DNA of 64,000 nt from a bacterium (GTDB lineage: Bacteria > J088 > JAWLBW01). The notes beneath the pieces were generated by a model, which did not search any database, was not told the origin of the DNA, and saw only the letters and a list, made by a program, of their open reading frames with translations. Position numbers and translations under genes: made by a program. Each line of letters begins with the position of its first letter. Within the stretch, counting starts at the first letter, position 1. Below, piece by piece: positions 27,918-36,641 of this stretch. Location: the NCBI GenBank assembly GCA_041690355.1, contig JAWLHK010000012.1, positions 1-64,000 of the forward strand, written 5' to 3'.

Positions 27918-28760
27918 GTGGAAACCTTCCAGTTCCGGAATTACGAAATCAAGTTCGTTCGCAAGGGGTCCGGTTCTCCGATCGTCTTCCTGCACAACGG
28001 CGGCACGTCGCACGCGATCTGGAAAGAAGTGATCCCCCGTCTGGCCGATTCGCACACCTGCTACGCCCTCGATCTGCTGGGCTACGGCGCCTCGTCGAAG
28101 TCCGCCGACGATTACTCGCTCGAGACCTATGTCGAGATCCTCGGCGCGTTCATCGATCACCACCAGCTTGCCCCCGTCACGCTCGTTGGCAACTGCATGG
28201 GAAGCGCGATGTCGATCCTGTATGCGCAGCGCAACCCGGGCAACGTGCGTTCGCTGATTCTCGTGAATCCGCTCACCTACAGGACGTTCGTCCACGGCCG
28301 GCTCGGTTCGTTTCTGCGTCTGCGGCGGTCGGCTCCCGGGTTCTCACGGGCCATCTACCGGACGATCGGCGGATTCAAACTGAACCGTCTCGTCAGCGAA
28401 CAGTCGCTGCGCATGCAGTTCGGCGCCATCGGGCGCCAGAAGCACCTGGAGAAGAGCGACGATCTGTGCGCGTGCTTCACGGGAGAGGGGCAGTTCAACT
28501 CGCTTCTCGGCGCGCTCGATGATCTCGTGCATTACGACCAGTTCGACACGCTGGCCAAGGCGCCCGGTTTTCCGCCCGTCTGCTCGATCTGGGGCCTGGA
28601 GAACCAGATTCTCTCGGCAAGGGCCGGCGAGGAGCTGAACGAGACGCTGCAGCCCGTGCGCGCCGAACGGCTCGACGGCTGCGGGCACCTGGCCATGCTG
28701 GAAAAACCCGACGAAGTCGCCCGAATCATCCGCGAGTTTACCGTGGAGGCGAATCCATGA
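27918..28760 (+). CDS. Alpha/beta-fold hydrolase with Cys at the nucleophile elbow
   Basis: FLHNGG, DLLGYGAS, GNCMG, GCGHLAMLEKP. Confidence 0.88.
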   Translation: METFQFRNYEIKFVRKGSGSPIVFLHNGGTSHAIWKEVIPRLADSHTCYALDLLGYGASSKSADDYSLETYVEILGAFIDHHQLAPVTLVGNCMGSAMSILYAQRNPGNVRSLILVNPLTYRTFVHGRLGSFLRLRRSAPGFSRAIYRTIGGFKLNRLVSEQSLRMQFGAIGRQKHLEKSDDLCACFTGEGQFNSLLGALDDLVHYDQFDTLAKAPGFPPVCSIWGLENQILSARAGEELNETLQPVRAERLDGCGHLAMLEKPDEVARIIREFTVEANP

Positions 28761-30460
28761 GCACCCTGCTGCAGGACGAAGTTTTCAACCTCGCCGAGAT
28801 CGTTCGCGAGGTCGCGAAAAAGTATCCGACGCGCACGGCCGTCGTTGAGCCCGACGGGCGCGGACCCGACGGAAAGCGCAGGTACCGCACTTATACCTAC
28901 GAGCAGATGTCGGCCGATGCCGAGTCGGTGGCGCCGGGCCTGCGTGAAATGGGCATCGCCGAGCACACGCGCATCGTGTGCATGACCCCGCCGAGCTATG
29001 AGTCATGCGTGCTCGGACTCGCTCTGCAGCGCGTCGGCGCCATGACGCTGTGGATCGATCCGTCGGTCGGGTACCGCAATGTCGGTGAACGCCTGCGCCG
29101 GATCAAGCCCGAGGCCTTTGCCGGCATTCCGCTGGCGCACCTCGGCCGCATTGCGTTCGCCTGGGGGCCGCGGTTCCCCAAAAAGTCGATCGTCGTCGGC
29201 GGCAGCTTCCCGGGCGCCCGCACGCTGGCTTCGCTCAAGCGCAAGGCCCCCGAGGTTCCTCCGCGGCCGGCGGTCAACCCCGACGATCCGGCGACGGTCC
29301 TCTACACCACGGGGAGTACGGGACCGGCCAAGCCGGCGCTGTATCTGCACCGCAACTATGTGCACCTGTTTCGCACGGTCCATCACAGCTGGCGTTTTAC
29401 CGACGACGACATCCCGGTAGACATGGCCGTTTTTCCCGCCTTCTTCTTCATTCCCATCAGCGCGGGCGGAACGATGGTGGTGCCGCCGATCAACTTTCCC
29501 CGTGAGACGCCGGCCAAGGCGAGGCCCGAGGCCCTGCTCGAGGTCATCAACGACTGCGGAGTGAATTCGTGCTTTGCCTCGCCCGTACTGCTGGAAAACA
29601 TGGCCCGGCATGCGGTGAAGCACAGGATCACGACGCCGACGTTCAAGCGCGTCATCGGCGGCGGCGCGCCCATCTTCGCATCGGTCAAACGGGCGCTGCT
29701 CGAGATGATGGGTCCTGAAGGAGAGGTGTTCTCCAATTACGGCGCGACCGAGGCCCTGCCGTCGACAGAGATGGGCGCGCAGGAGGCGCTTTCAGAAACC
29801 TTCGATCTCACCGACAAGGGCGCCGGCATCTGCGTGGGCCGTCCGTTTCCCGGCGTCGAGCTGAAGATCGTGCGCATCGTCGACGGGCCGCTCACGTCCA
29901 TCCAGGATGCCGAGCCGTTGCCCCGGGGAGAGATCGGCGAGATCCTCGTGCGCGGTCCTCACATCAGCCCCGGATACTTTCTGGATCCGGAGAGCGACCG
30001 CAAGAACAAGGTGCGCGACGAGAGCGGCCAGTGGCATCGTCTGGGCGACGCCGGTTACCTCGACGCCAAAGACCGCCTCTGGGTGTGCGGCCGCGTCGGC
30101 CAGCGCGTGAAAGCCGCCGAGGGCAATGTATTCTCCCTGCTCTGCGAACCGATTTTCGACGCCCACCCCGCCGTGCATCGGAGCGGACTCGTCGGCGTGG
30201 CGCGGAGCAACGGCGAAGTTCCCGTCATCTGCGTCCAATTGCGCACGGGTGAGGAAGCGCGCACGGCGGATATCCGGCGGGATCTGCTCGCCCTCGCGCA
30301 GCAGCACGACGTGACTCGACTCGTGCGTCACGTACTGTTCGTGGACAAGCTGCCGACCGACCCCCGCCACAACTCCAAGATCGAACGGCCGAAGCTGGCG
30401 ATGTGGGCGACGAAGCAGCTGCAGAGCGAAGCAGTCTGGCGGGCGGCCGCGGGCGAGTAG
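28757..30460 (+). CDS. Adenylate-forming enzyme, OleC (olefin beta-lactone synthetase)-like
   Basis: YTTGSTGPAK, YGATEALP, GICVGRP, WHRLGDAGYLD...LWVCGR, LPTDPRHNSKI. Confidence 0.8.
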   Translation: MSTLLQDEVFNLAEIVREVAKKYPTRTAVVEPDGRGPDGKRRYRTYTYEQMSADAESVAPGLREMGIAEHTRIVCMTPPSYESCVLGLALQRVGAMTLWIDPSVGYRNVGERLRRIKPEAFAGIPLAHLGRIAFAWGPRFPKKSIVVGGSFPGARTLASLKRKAPEVPPRPAVNPDDPATVLYTTGSTGPAKPALYLHRNYVHLFRTVHHSWRFTDDDIPVDMAVFPAFFFIPISAGGTMVVPPINFPRETPAKARPEALLEVINDCGVNSCFASPVLLENMARHAVKHRITTPTFKRVIGGGAPIFASVKRALLEMMGPEGEVFSNYGATEALPSTEMGAQEALSETFDLTDKGAGICVGRPFPGVELKIVRIVDGPLTSIQDAEPLPRGEIGEILVRGPHISPGYFLDPESDRKNKVRDESGQWHRLGDAGYLDAKDRLWVCGRVGQRVKAAEGNVFSLLCEPIFDAHPAVHRSGLVGVARSNGEVPVICVQLRTGEEARTADIRRDLLALAQQHDVTRLVRHVLFVDKLPTDPRHNSKIERPKLAMWATKQLQSEAVWRAAAGE

Positions 30461-30503
30461 ACAGGGTTTCGGGTCGGCTACCCGAAGCCGGCAGAAGTTG
30501 TGC

Positions 30504-31022
30504 CTACAGGTACCGCGCGGCGGCCATGAACGACGTCGCGAACACGAGCAGCACGGCGCCGAGCACCGTAGCGCGATAGAGGCGCATCTGCAGCCGCTGC
30601 ATCTCGACCAGCGTCTCGGGCGCGGGCGGACCCCCGGCGGCCTGCGCCGATGCGGCGAGGGCGCCGAACTTCCGGGCGGTCGGCGCGTTCACGAGCTGGC
30701 CCAGCAGCGCGGTCGCGATGGCGAAGCCGCCGCCCAGGCTCCATCCGATGCCGACGCCGGTCGTGAACCACGCGCCGGTAAATCCGCTCGACGCCCACCA
30801 GAACAGCGCCAAACCGGTGAGCAGCGTGATGAGCACGGCGCCGTTCATGAAGCGCGGAAGTCGGCGCACCTGAACGATCTCCTTCATCACCTGTCCCCCC
30901 GCAGGACCCGCCGCACGGGTGGCGGGAAGGAGAAAGGCGGCATTGTAGAGAACGGCGCCGAGCCAGAAGCCCCCGGCGACGACGTGAAAGGAACGAAGGA
31001 CTGCCAGCACGAGCGGATGCAT
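30504..31022 (-). CDS. Hypothetical 4-TM membrane protein
   Basis: Four hydrophobic helices; HVVAGGFWLG. Confidence 0.75.
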   Translation of the reverse strand: MHPLVLAVLRSFHVVAGGFWLGAVLYNAAFLLPATRAAGPAGGQVMKEIVQVRRLPRFMNGAVLITLLTGLALFWWASSGFTGAWFTTGVGIGWSLGGGFAIATALLGQLVNAPTARKFGALAASAQAAGGPPAPETLVEMQRLQMRLYRATVLGAVLLVFATSFMAAARYL

Positions 31023-31155
31023 GAAAACCCTCCGGCCGGACGATCTGCCGGCCCACGATGACCTTGATCAGGTGTACCGCAAAGCCGGCAATCCGGCAAG
31101 TTCGCGCAGGGCCTACGGCGTCGACCGAGGCGAGGTGCCATCGGTCTGCCGCGCG

Positions 31156-31485
31156 CTATTCCGCAAAACTGTAGGCCGGGCGCCGTGAAAGCAGCGCCGC
31201 CGCGAGTAGAAGTCCGCCGAAGATCGCCAGCGCGGTCAGGAACGCCGGTATCCCAAGAAGGGCGCGGATGGTGGAGAAGATCACTACGCCGAGGAGGAAC
31301 GTCGTCAGCGAGCGCGCCCGGCTGCCCCACAGAAACGCAATCAGCGGCACAGACTGCGGATTGCGCCGCAGGAGTGTTCCGCAGAAACTGCAGCGGAACG
31401 TGAGAACGCCATCGCCATCCGGCACGTGGGCAAGCGGCCGCAAGCGAAGCGAGTTCCCGCAGTGGGGGCATGCATGACGATTCAT
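31156..31485 (-). CDS. Small zinc-ribbon membrane protein
   Basis: CPHCG...CSFCG followed by TM helices. Confidence 0.6.
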   Translation of the reverse strand: MNRHACPHCGNSLRLRPLAHVPDGDGVLTFRCSFCGTLLRRNPQSVPLIAFLWGSRARSLTTFLLGVVIFSTIRALLGIPAFLTALAIFGGLLLAAALLSRRPAYSFAE

Positions 31486-32033
31486 CGTCTTTCCTCTCGT
31501 CGAACCCGGGAGCGCGGAGACCCTCCATCGGAGGGCTTGCCCGCGAACTTCTTCAGTGCCTTCGCGCCCTCCTCGTGGCCGAAGAATTCCGCTTCTTCCA
31601 GTGGAGTGGCATAGTGATCGATGCGCGTGCGCGCCTCTGGATCTGCGCCGCGCGCGAGGAGCACCTTGACGCAGGCGGCCTCGTCCTGCGTGGCCGCGAA
31701 GTGAAGCGGCGTGTAATCGTTCACCCCGCGTACCTGAATATCGGCGCCGTGGTCGAGCAGCAGCGCGACGCGTTCGGCCCGGTCGGCGTGGTTACTGGAG
31801 ATCGCGGCAAAGAGCGAGGGAAAACCATCCGGCGCTTCGTAGTTCGGATCGGCCCCCAGGTCCAGGAGCTCGCGCACGAGCGAGAGGGGCGAATGGTACA
31901 AGGCATATTCGAGGCAGGTGCCGCCGCACTCGTCGGTCACGTTCGGAAATCCCGGCGGATTCCCCAACGCCCGTCGAACGGCTTCGAGATCGCCACGCAC
32001 GTATGCGTTGTGGAGGTCGACGACGCTGCTCAT
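31482..32033 (-). CDS. Ankyrin repeat protein
   Basis: LLDLGADPN, LLLDHGADIQ, YTPLHFAA, LLARGADP. Confidence 0.9.
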   Translation of the reverse strand: MSSVVDLHNAYVRGDLEAVRRALGNPPGFPNVTDECGGTCLEYALYHSPLSLVRELLDLGADPNYEAPDGFPSLFAAISSNHADRAERVALLLDHGADIQVRGVNDYTPLHFAATQDEAACVKVLLARGADPEARTRIDHYATPLEEAEFFGHEEGAKALKKFAGKPSDGGSPRSRVRREERR

Positions 32034-32075
32034 AAGAACGAACATCCTTGGCTGGCGTGCCGCAAAGGAAGGGGC

Positions 32076-32474
32076 CTATACCCAGTTTTCAACGCGCAGA
32101 TCGGCCACGTTACGAAAGTGTTTCTCGTTGTTGGTAACCAGCGCACAATCGACTGCGAGGGCGTGCGCTGCGATGAGTGTGTCGATGCTGCCTATCGGCC
32201 GGCCCCTTGCAACAAGAGCGCTTGCAACCTTCCCGAAGGCATTCCCTCCCGCCTCATCGAATGGCAGAACGCTGATGGGCCGGAGAAAGGCATCAATGAG
32301 CCCGTGCAGGCGGCCTGACTTTTTTCGGTCTGCGCCGAACCGAAGTTCAGCAACGGTCAGTGCGCTTACACACAGTTCGGAGGGGTTGTGCTCGAGAATC
32401 CGGGCGCCGACGTGACCCACTCCGCGCAGGGCAAAACTTACCGAATCCGTATCGAGCATGAACCGAGCCTTCAT
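32076..32474 (-). CDS. vapC: PIN-domain toxin VapC
   Basis: MLDTDSVS, TVAELRFGA, PIGSIDTLIAAHA, LVTNNEKHF. Confidence 0.95.
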   Translation of the reverse strand: MKARFMLDTDSVSFALRGVGHVGARILEHNPSELCVSALTVAELRFGADRKKSGRLHGLIDAFLRPISVLPFDEAGGNAFGKVASALVARGRPIGSIDTLIAAHALAVDCALVTNNEKHFRNVADLRVENWV

Positions 32475-32710
32475 CGGAACGGATTCCGGAGTCTGGAGAG
32501 GGGAATATCCTGGGGCCTCTCGAGTTCCTCCGGCCAGGCTCCCAGAACGTCCAGAAACTCCTGGGGCCATTCCTCTACCGGCTCCAGGATCACACGCCGA
32601 CCCTCCCGGCGCACCCGCACCTCCTCCATTCCGTCGTCAAAACGGCACGACTTCGGAAGACGAACCGCCTGGCTCCCCCCATTCCTGAACAGCTTCGCTC
32701 GCTTGCTCAT
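32471..32710 (-). CDS. vapB: AbrB/SpoVT-type antitoxin VapB
   Basis: AKLFRNGGSQAVRLPKSCRF. Confidence 0.95.
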   Translation of the reverse strand: MSKRAKLFRNGGSQAVRLPKSCRFDDGMEEVRVRREGRRVILEPVEEWPQEFLDVLGAWPEELERPQDIPLSRLRNPFR

Positions 32711-32715
32711 TCCAA

Positions 32716-32745
32716 AAGTATAGACTATTATCTATACTTCTTCAA
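32716..32745 (-). promoter_or_regulatory. vapBC leaderless promoter with operator palindrome
   Basis: TTGAAG-N17-TATACT-N6-ATG; AAGTATAGA-N6-TCTATACTT. Confidence 0.8.
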
Positions 32746-33431
32746 CGGGACCTCTCGTACCGCCACCCCCCGCGCAGCATGTGCAGCCGGTGCCGGGAAC
32801 CGGGGGCTTCGAGATTCATCGCGTCGTACCCCGCATCCCCCTCGTACAGCGCCACTTCTCCGTCAGGGACGAAGACGATCTTCGGATTGAACCTTTCCAC
32901 CACGTGGCGCTCGAAAAAGTCCGGAAGCGCAGCCACGCCGCAGACCTGCGCGAGCGACTGCAACGTAATGAAGGTCGGTGGCGGAAGCGCAATCTCGCCG
33001 CGCGCGCGGGCATCCAGAGCGGCGGCGGGCGGCATCCAGCGGGCGTCGATAATCTCCTCGCCGTCGACGCGCACTTCCTCCTCGCGCGGAACAGAGGCCA
33101 CGAAGAACCAGTTGGCGAACCTTCGCGGCCGCACGATCGAAGTAGTCCAGTGCGACAGCGGCCGCAGCGCCTGCGGATCGAGGACGAGCGCCGTCTCCTC
33201 GTGCACCTCGCGCACGGCGGTGCGCCGCGCGGTCTCCAGGTGATCGAGGGGAAAGGATTCAGCATCGGCGGCATCGACGCGTCCGCCGGGAAACACCCAG
33301 GCCCCGCCATGATACACGAGTTTCTCATGGCGGCGGACCATGAGCACCTCGAGGCCGTCGCCGTCGCGCAGGACGATGACCGATGCCGAAGGGCGGGCCG
33401 GCAAAACCCGATCGCCGGTTTCGCCGGTCAC
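32742..33431 (-). CDS. NUDIX hydrolase
   Basis: WVFPGGRVD...TAVREVHEET; HWTT...RRF. Confidence 0.88.
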   Translation of the reverse strand: MTGETGDRVLPARPSASVIVLRDGDGLEVLMVRRHEKLVYHGGAWVFPGGRVDAADAESFPLDHLETARRTAVREVHEETALVLDPQALRPLSHWTTSIVRPRRFANWFFVASVPREEEVRVDGEEIIDARWMPPAAALDARARGEIALPPPTFITLQSLAQVCGVAALPDFFERHVVERFNPKIVFVPDGEVALYEGDAGYDAMNLEAPGSRHRLHMLRGGWRYERSR

Positions 33432-34318
33432 GGCCTTCCCCCTGCTGGCGGCGGCAGCTCTTCCCGTGCCAGGAGCAGGTACAGAAAGGCTTCGGCTTCG
33501 GGGGTCATCCTTCCGGCCGCAAACGTGTCGAGCCAGGCGTGAATCTGCGCGGCGTACGGCGTCACCGCGGCCTCCAGCGCGCTCCGTTCCACGTCGGTGA
33601 GCTGGGCTGTGAAGCGCGCCCGGCACCCGTCATCGCCGACGCCGAGCCGCTGCGCCCAAGGGGTAAGATGGCGAAACGGTTCCGGTACCCGTGACGTTCG
33701 AGTTCTTCGCTCAAGGTCTTTCCGGCGTGCTTCGCATTCCTTCGCTTCGCGTTTCGCCATGGCTGCGGCGCGGCCGGGCTCGGCCTGCTCAAGAATTCGC
33801 TCGTACTCGTCGCGCAGGAACGCTGAAAAGAAATTCCGCGCGTGCAGAAAGCCATTCTTCAGAAGCGTCCGCGCGTTCACGGGGAAGCGGGCGGCTTCCA
33901 GGTCGTCGGCAATCGACGCCAGATCGATCCCCTGGCGCACCGCCGCCCGCTCGATGTCGCCACGCAGCAACGCCTCGCCGTTGGAATCTTCTTCGGCCTG
34001 CTCGGCGCGAAGAGTCAGCCAGTAGACTTCGTGGAGCACATTGGAGGGCTCCAGCCGATGGGCCCGCTCGACAGCGGCAAGGGCATCCGCGAGGGTCGAC
34101 TCGTCATGGTCGAGCGCATGGCCGAGCATGGCATGAGAAACTGCCGACGTGTCATCGAGTGCTACAGCCTCCCGGAGCACCGCCCGGGCCCGCCGCAGAA
34201 GATCAGGCGCATCCTCCTCAAGAGCGTGCGTCAACAGAACAACCCCGCTCGCATACCGCGATTGCGCATCTGGACCTTCAAGGGCACGCAGGATCTTCTC
34301 GAGCGAAGCGGGCTTCAT
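33428..34318 (-). CDS. Hypothetical protein with TPR-like helices
   Basis: AVALDDTSAVSHAMLGHAL...AHRLEPSN; coupled to the NUDIX gene. Confidence 0.65.
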   Translation of the reverse strand: MKPASLEKILRALEGPDAQSRYASGVVLLTHALEEDAPDLLRRARAVLREAVALDDTSAVSHAMLGHALDHDESTLADALAAVERAHRLEPSNVLHEVYWLTLRAEQAEEDSNGEALLRGDIERAAVRQGIDLASIADDLEAARFPVNARTLLKNGFLHARNFFSAFLRDEYERILEQAEPGRAAAMAKREAKECEARRKDLERRTRTSRVPEPFRHLTPWAQRLGVGDDGCRARFTAQLTDVERSALEAAVTPYAAQIHAWLDTFAAGRMTPEAEAFLYLLLAREELPPPAGGRP

Positions 34319-34364
34319 GGAACCTGTGGGTGGACCTGTGGGTGGATCGCGCGCGGTCGCCAGC

Positions 34365-34754
34365 TCACGGCAGACTGCAGCTGCCGTTGCGGTAGTGAAA
34401 CAGTACTGAGCAGCTCGTATCGCCGTGGGCGCGGCGGCGGTGATCCACGCACAGTTTATAGACCGCCTTCAGCCACGGTGCGTCGCAGGTTTCGAGCCGG
34501 CTCTCGGCCAGAATACGCGTGTGGTCGGGACGCTCCTCGACCTGGTAGCCGACTCGCGCAAGCGCAGGCGCGGACACGATCTCCACACGCAGCTGCGCCT
34601 CGTGGGAGACGAACTCCGGGCGCTCGCGCGGCACCGCCGGACGGAATACGTAAACGACGAGCACGGCAAATCCGAAGACCCCGAGAATCAGGGCCGGATG
34701 GCGCGTGGCCCAGGCCGTAACCGCGCCCAGGCGATTGCCGGGACCGCCGGGCAT
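34365..34754 (-). CDS. Hypothetical membrane-anchored protein
   Basis: Single TM; four Cys; operon position. Confidence 0.5.
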   Translation of the reverse strand: MPGGPGNRLGAVTAWATRHPALILGVFGFAVLVVYVFRPAVPRERPEFVSHEAQLRVEIVSAPALARVGYQVEERPDHTRILAESRLETCDAPWLKAVYKLCVDHRRRAHGDTSCSVLFHYRNGSCSLP

Positions 34755-34757
34755 CGT

Positions 34758-35231
34758 TCAGTCTCCGTAATACGTTGCGAGCGGCCAGAGGGTAAACGGC
34801 GGCTTGGCGACCACGTCCCGGCGCCAGATGATCGAGGCGACGCCGTTCACGCGCACGCCCTGATGGCGCAGAACGTCGATGACCTTCTGCGTGGTCAGCC
34901 CGGTCGTGACGACGTCTTCGACCACGATGGCGCGCAGGCCGTTGATGATCTGGCCGCGCAGGCTGCCATCTTTGTTGAACTGCCCGTAGAGCGCCTCAGT
35001 CTGGCGCGAGAGCTCATGGGCGAAGGTGATGCCGCCATTGGCCACGGCGACGAAAAGATCCGTCTTCTGCAGATGGTCGCGGTAGTACCAGTGCAGCCAC
35101 TGAGAAGCAAGAAGCTCGCAGTCTTTCGGGGTCATGCGCGCGCAGTCGAAGCGCACCCGCGTGCGCACGCCCGATGCGAGTACGAAGTCGCCGTCCTCGC
35201 GCGTCTTCTGCAGGAGATTCTGTTCCCACAT
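34758..35231 (-). CDS. Short orotate phosphoribosyltransferase-like PRTase
   Basis: GDFVLASG; PRPP motif IVVEDVVTTGLT. Confidence 0.75.
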   Translation of the reverse strand: MWEQNLLQKTREDGDFVLASGVRTRVRFDCARMTPKDCELLASQWLHWYYRDHLQKTDLFVAVANGGITFAHELSRQTEALYGQFNKDGSLRGQIINGLRAIVVEDVVTTGLTTQKVIDVLRHQGVRVNGVASIIWRRDVVAKPPFTLWPLATYYGD

Positions 35232-35263
35232 GGTTATACCTCAGGGTACAGGATAGCAGCCGG

Positions 35264-36631
35264 TTACGGATCCGTCGATGGAGCGGGCTCGGGGGCGGAG
35301 GCGAAAGATTCGCCGTTCGCGGGCCAGTGCGACTGGAGAAACTCCGTCGGCGCCTTCGCTGCCGCCCCCGGCGCATCCGTCTGCACCCACACGGCCCACT
35401 CCCCCTCGGCACGGCCGAAGGCGAGCTCGGCGAGTTTCTTTCCGTCTGCGCCATACGCGACGAGACGGCGGGCGGGGGCCTCGAGCTGCAGATCCCGGCG
35501 TTCAGCCCTGCTCACGGCTTTCCACTCGTTCGCGCGGTACGCTTCCAGGGCCGCGAGCAGGGCGATGACCTTGTCGGCATCGGTGGCACCCGAGGCGCTC
35601 CCCGCAAGACGCCACTCGGCGCCGTGCCGCTCGAGCGCCGCCGTGAGGCTTCTGCCGTCGTAGAACTCCAGACGGCTCACGCGATCGGAAGCATGAGGAA
35701 ACAGGCGGCGATCCCGCAGGGCGTCGGGATCCTTGGCGAGCTGCTGATAGTTCCAGTCGGCGACCCGCAGGATGGCCGGGCGCCCCGCGGCGCGCGTGAA
35801 GCGGTCCTGCCCGTGCTGCGACCCGAATGCGATCTCGTGGCGGGTTCCGTTCGCGAGCTCAACCTCGAGCCGGGCCTCCGGTTGCACGAGGCCCGCTTTG
35901 GCGAGATCGCCGGCGGTCGGCATTTCGACCTGCCATCCCGCGATGCGCAGGGCGGCCAGATCGCGGGCGATGCCCCCGGCCACGCCGTCGTCGGCATCCA
36001 TGGAGACGGGCGCCGTCAGGCGCCAGTCTTCACCGTTGCGGCGTACGACCAGCTCGGGCTGCCCCGCCCGGCGGATGGTCACGGCCGTGACCTCCGAGGC
36101 GGCGAAGCGGAACATCTGCTTGTTACGGTAATCTCCCGCCGGACGTCCGGTGATCGATTCGATGCCGCCCGAGACCTGCAGTACGCGCGGCTCGTCGCCC
36201 CGGCGCACATACGTTTTTCCGCCGACCGGCGACCGTTTGCCGATGCGCACGATCTCTTCGCCCTGAGCGGTGCGGACGCGCACGACCGCGGCCGCCGGAT
36301 CGAGCCCGAACGGGGCAAAGTCGGTGACGTCGTCGATGGTCTCGATAGACGAAGAGCCTTCAATCTGGCTGAGCAGGCCCGTGACCGCCGGCTGCTCGGC
36401 CGTGTCGCTGACCGGACGTGCAAGGCGCCAGGTTTCGCCTTCGCGGACGATCTCGATCTCGCCGTCGGCGCCGCTGAGCACGATGGCGCGAATCTCGTCG
36501 CGCCGGGCCGTGAAGACCCGTGCCGCTTCCTTCTCGGCGCTCTCGGTCGCTTCCTTCCCTTTGAGCTCCACGAACCAGACGTAGCCGCCCAGCGCGGCGA
36601 GCAGCACGAGCACAATGAGCGTTCGCAGCAT
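35264..36631 (-). CDS. DUF4340 domain protein
   Basis: N-terminal TM; repeated W.L..P...AD / GL.P...  units; follows GldG-like gene. Confidence 0.82.
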   Translation of the reverse strand: MLRTLIVLVLLAALGGYVWFVELKGKEATESAEKEAARVFTARRDEIRAIVLSGADGEIEIVREGETWRLARPVSDTAEQPAVTGLLSQIEGSSSIETIDDVTDFAPFGLDPAAAVVRVRTAQGEEIVRIGKRSPVGGKTYVRRGDEPRVLQVSGGIESITGRPAGDYRNKQMFRFAASEVTAVTIRRAGQPELVVRRNGEDWRLTAPVSMDADDGVAGGIARDLAALRIAGWQVEMPTAGDLAKAGLVQPEARLEVELANGTRHEIAFGSQHGQDRFTRAAGRPAILRVADWNYQQLAKDPDALRDRRLFPHASDRVSRLEFYDGRSLTAALERHGAEWRLAGSASGATDADKVIALLAALEAYRANEWKAVSRAERRDLQLEAPARRLVAYGADGKKLAELAFGRAEGEWAVWVQTDAPGAAAKAPTEFLQSHWPANGESFASAPEPAPSTDP

Positions 36632-36641
36632 GGCGGCCTCC

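Noticed and set aside
34322-34345. acctgtgggtgg x2 tandem repeat
   Set aside because: Only two units; probably a local duplication with no evident function
30460-35231. Run of small co-oriented accessory genes as an integron cassette array or prophage
   Set aside because: No attC repeats, integrase or phage genes; several genes are translationally coupled
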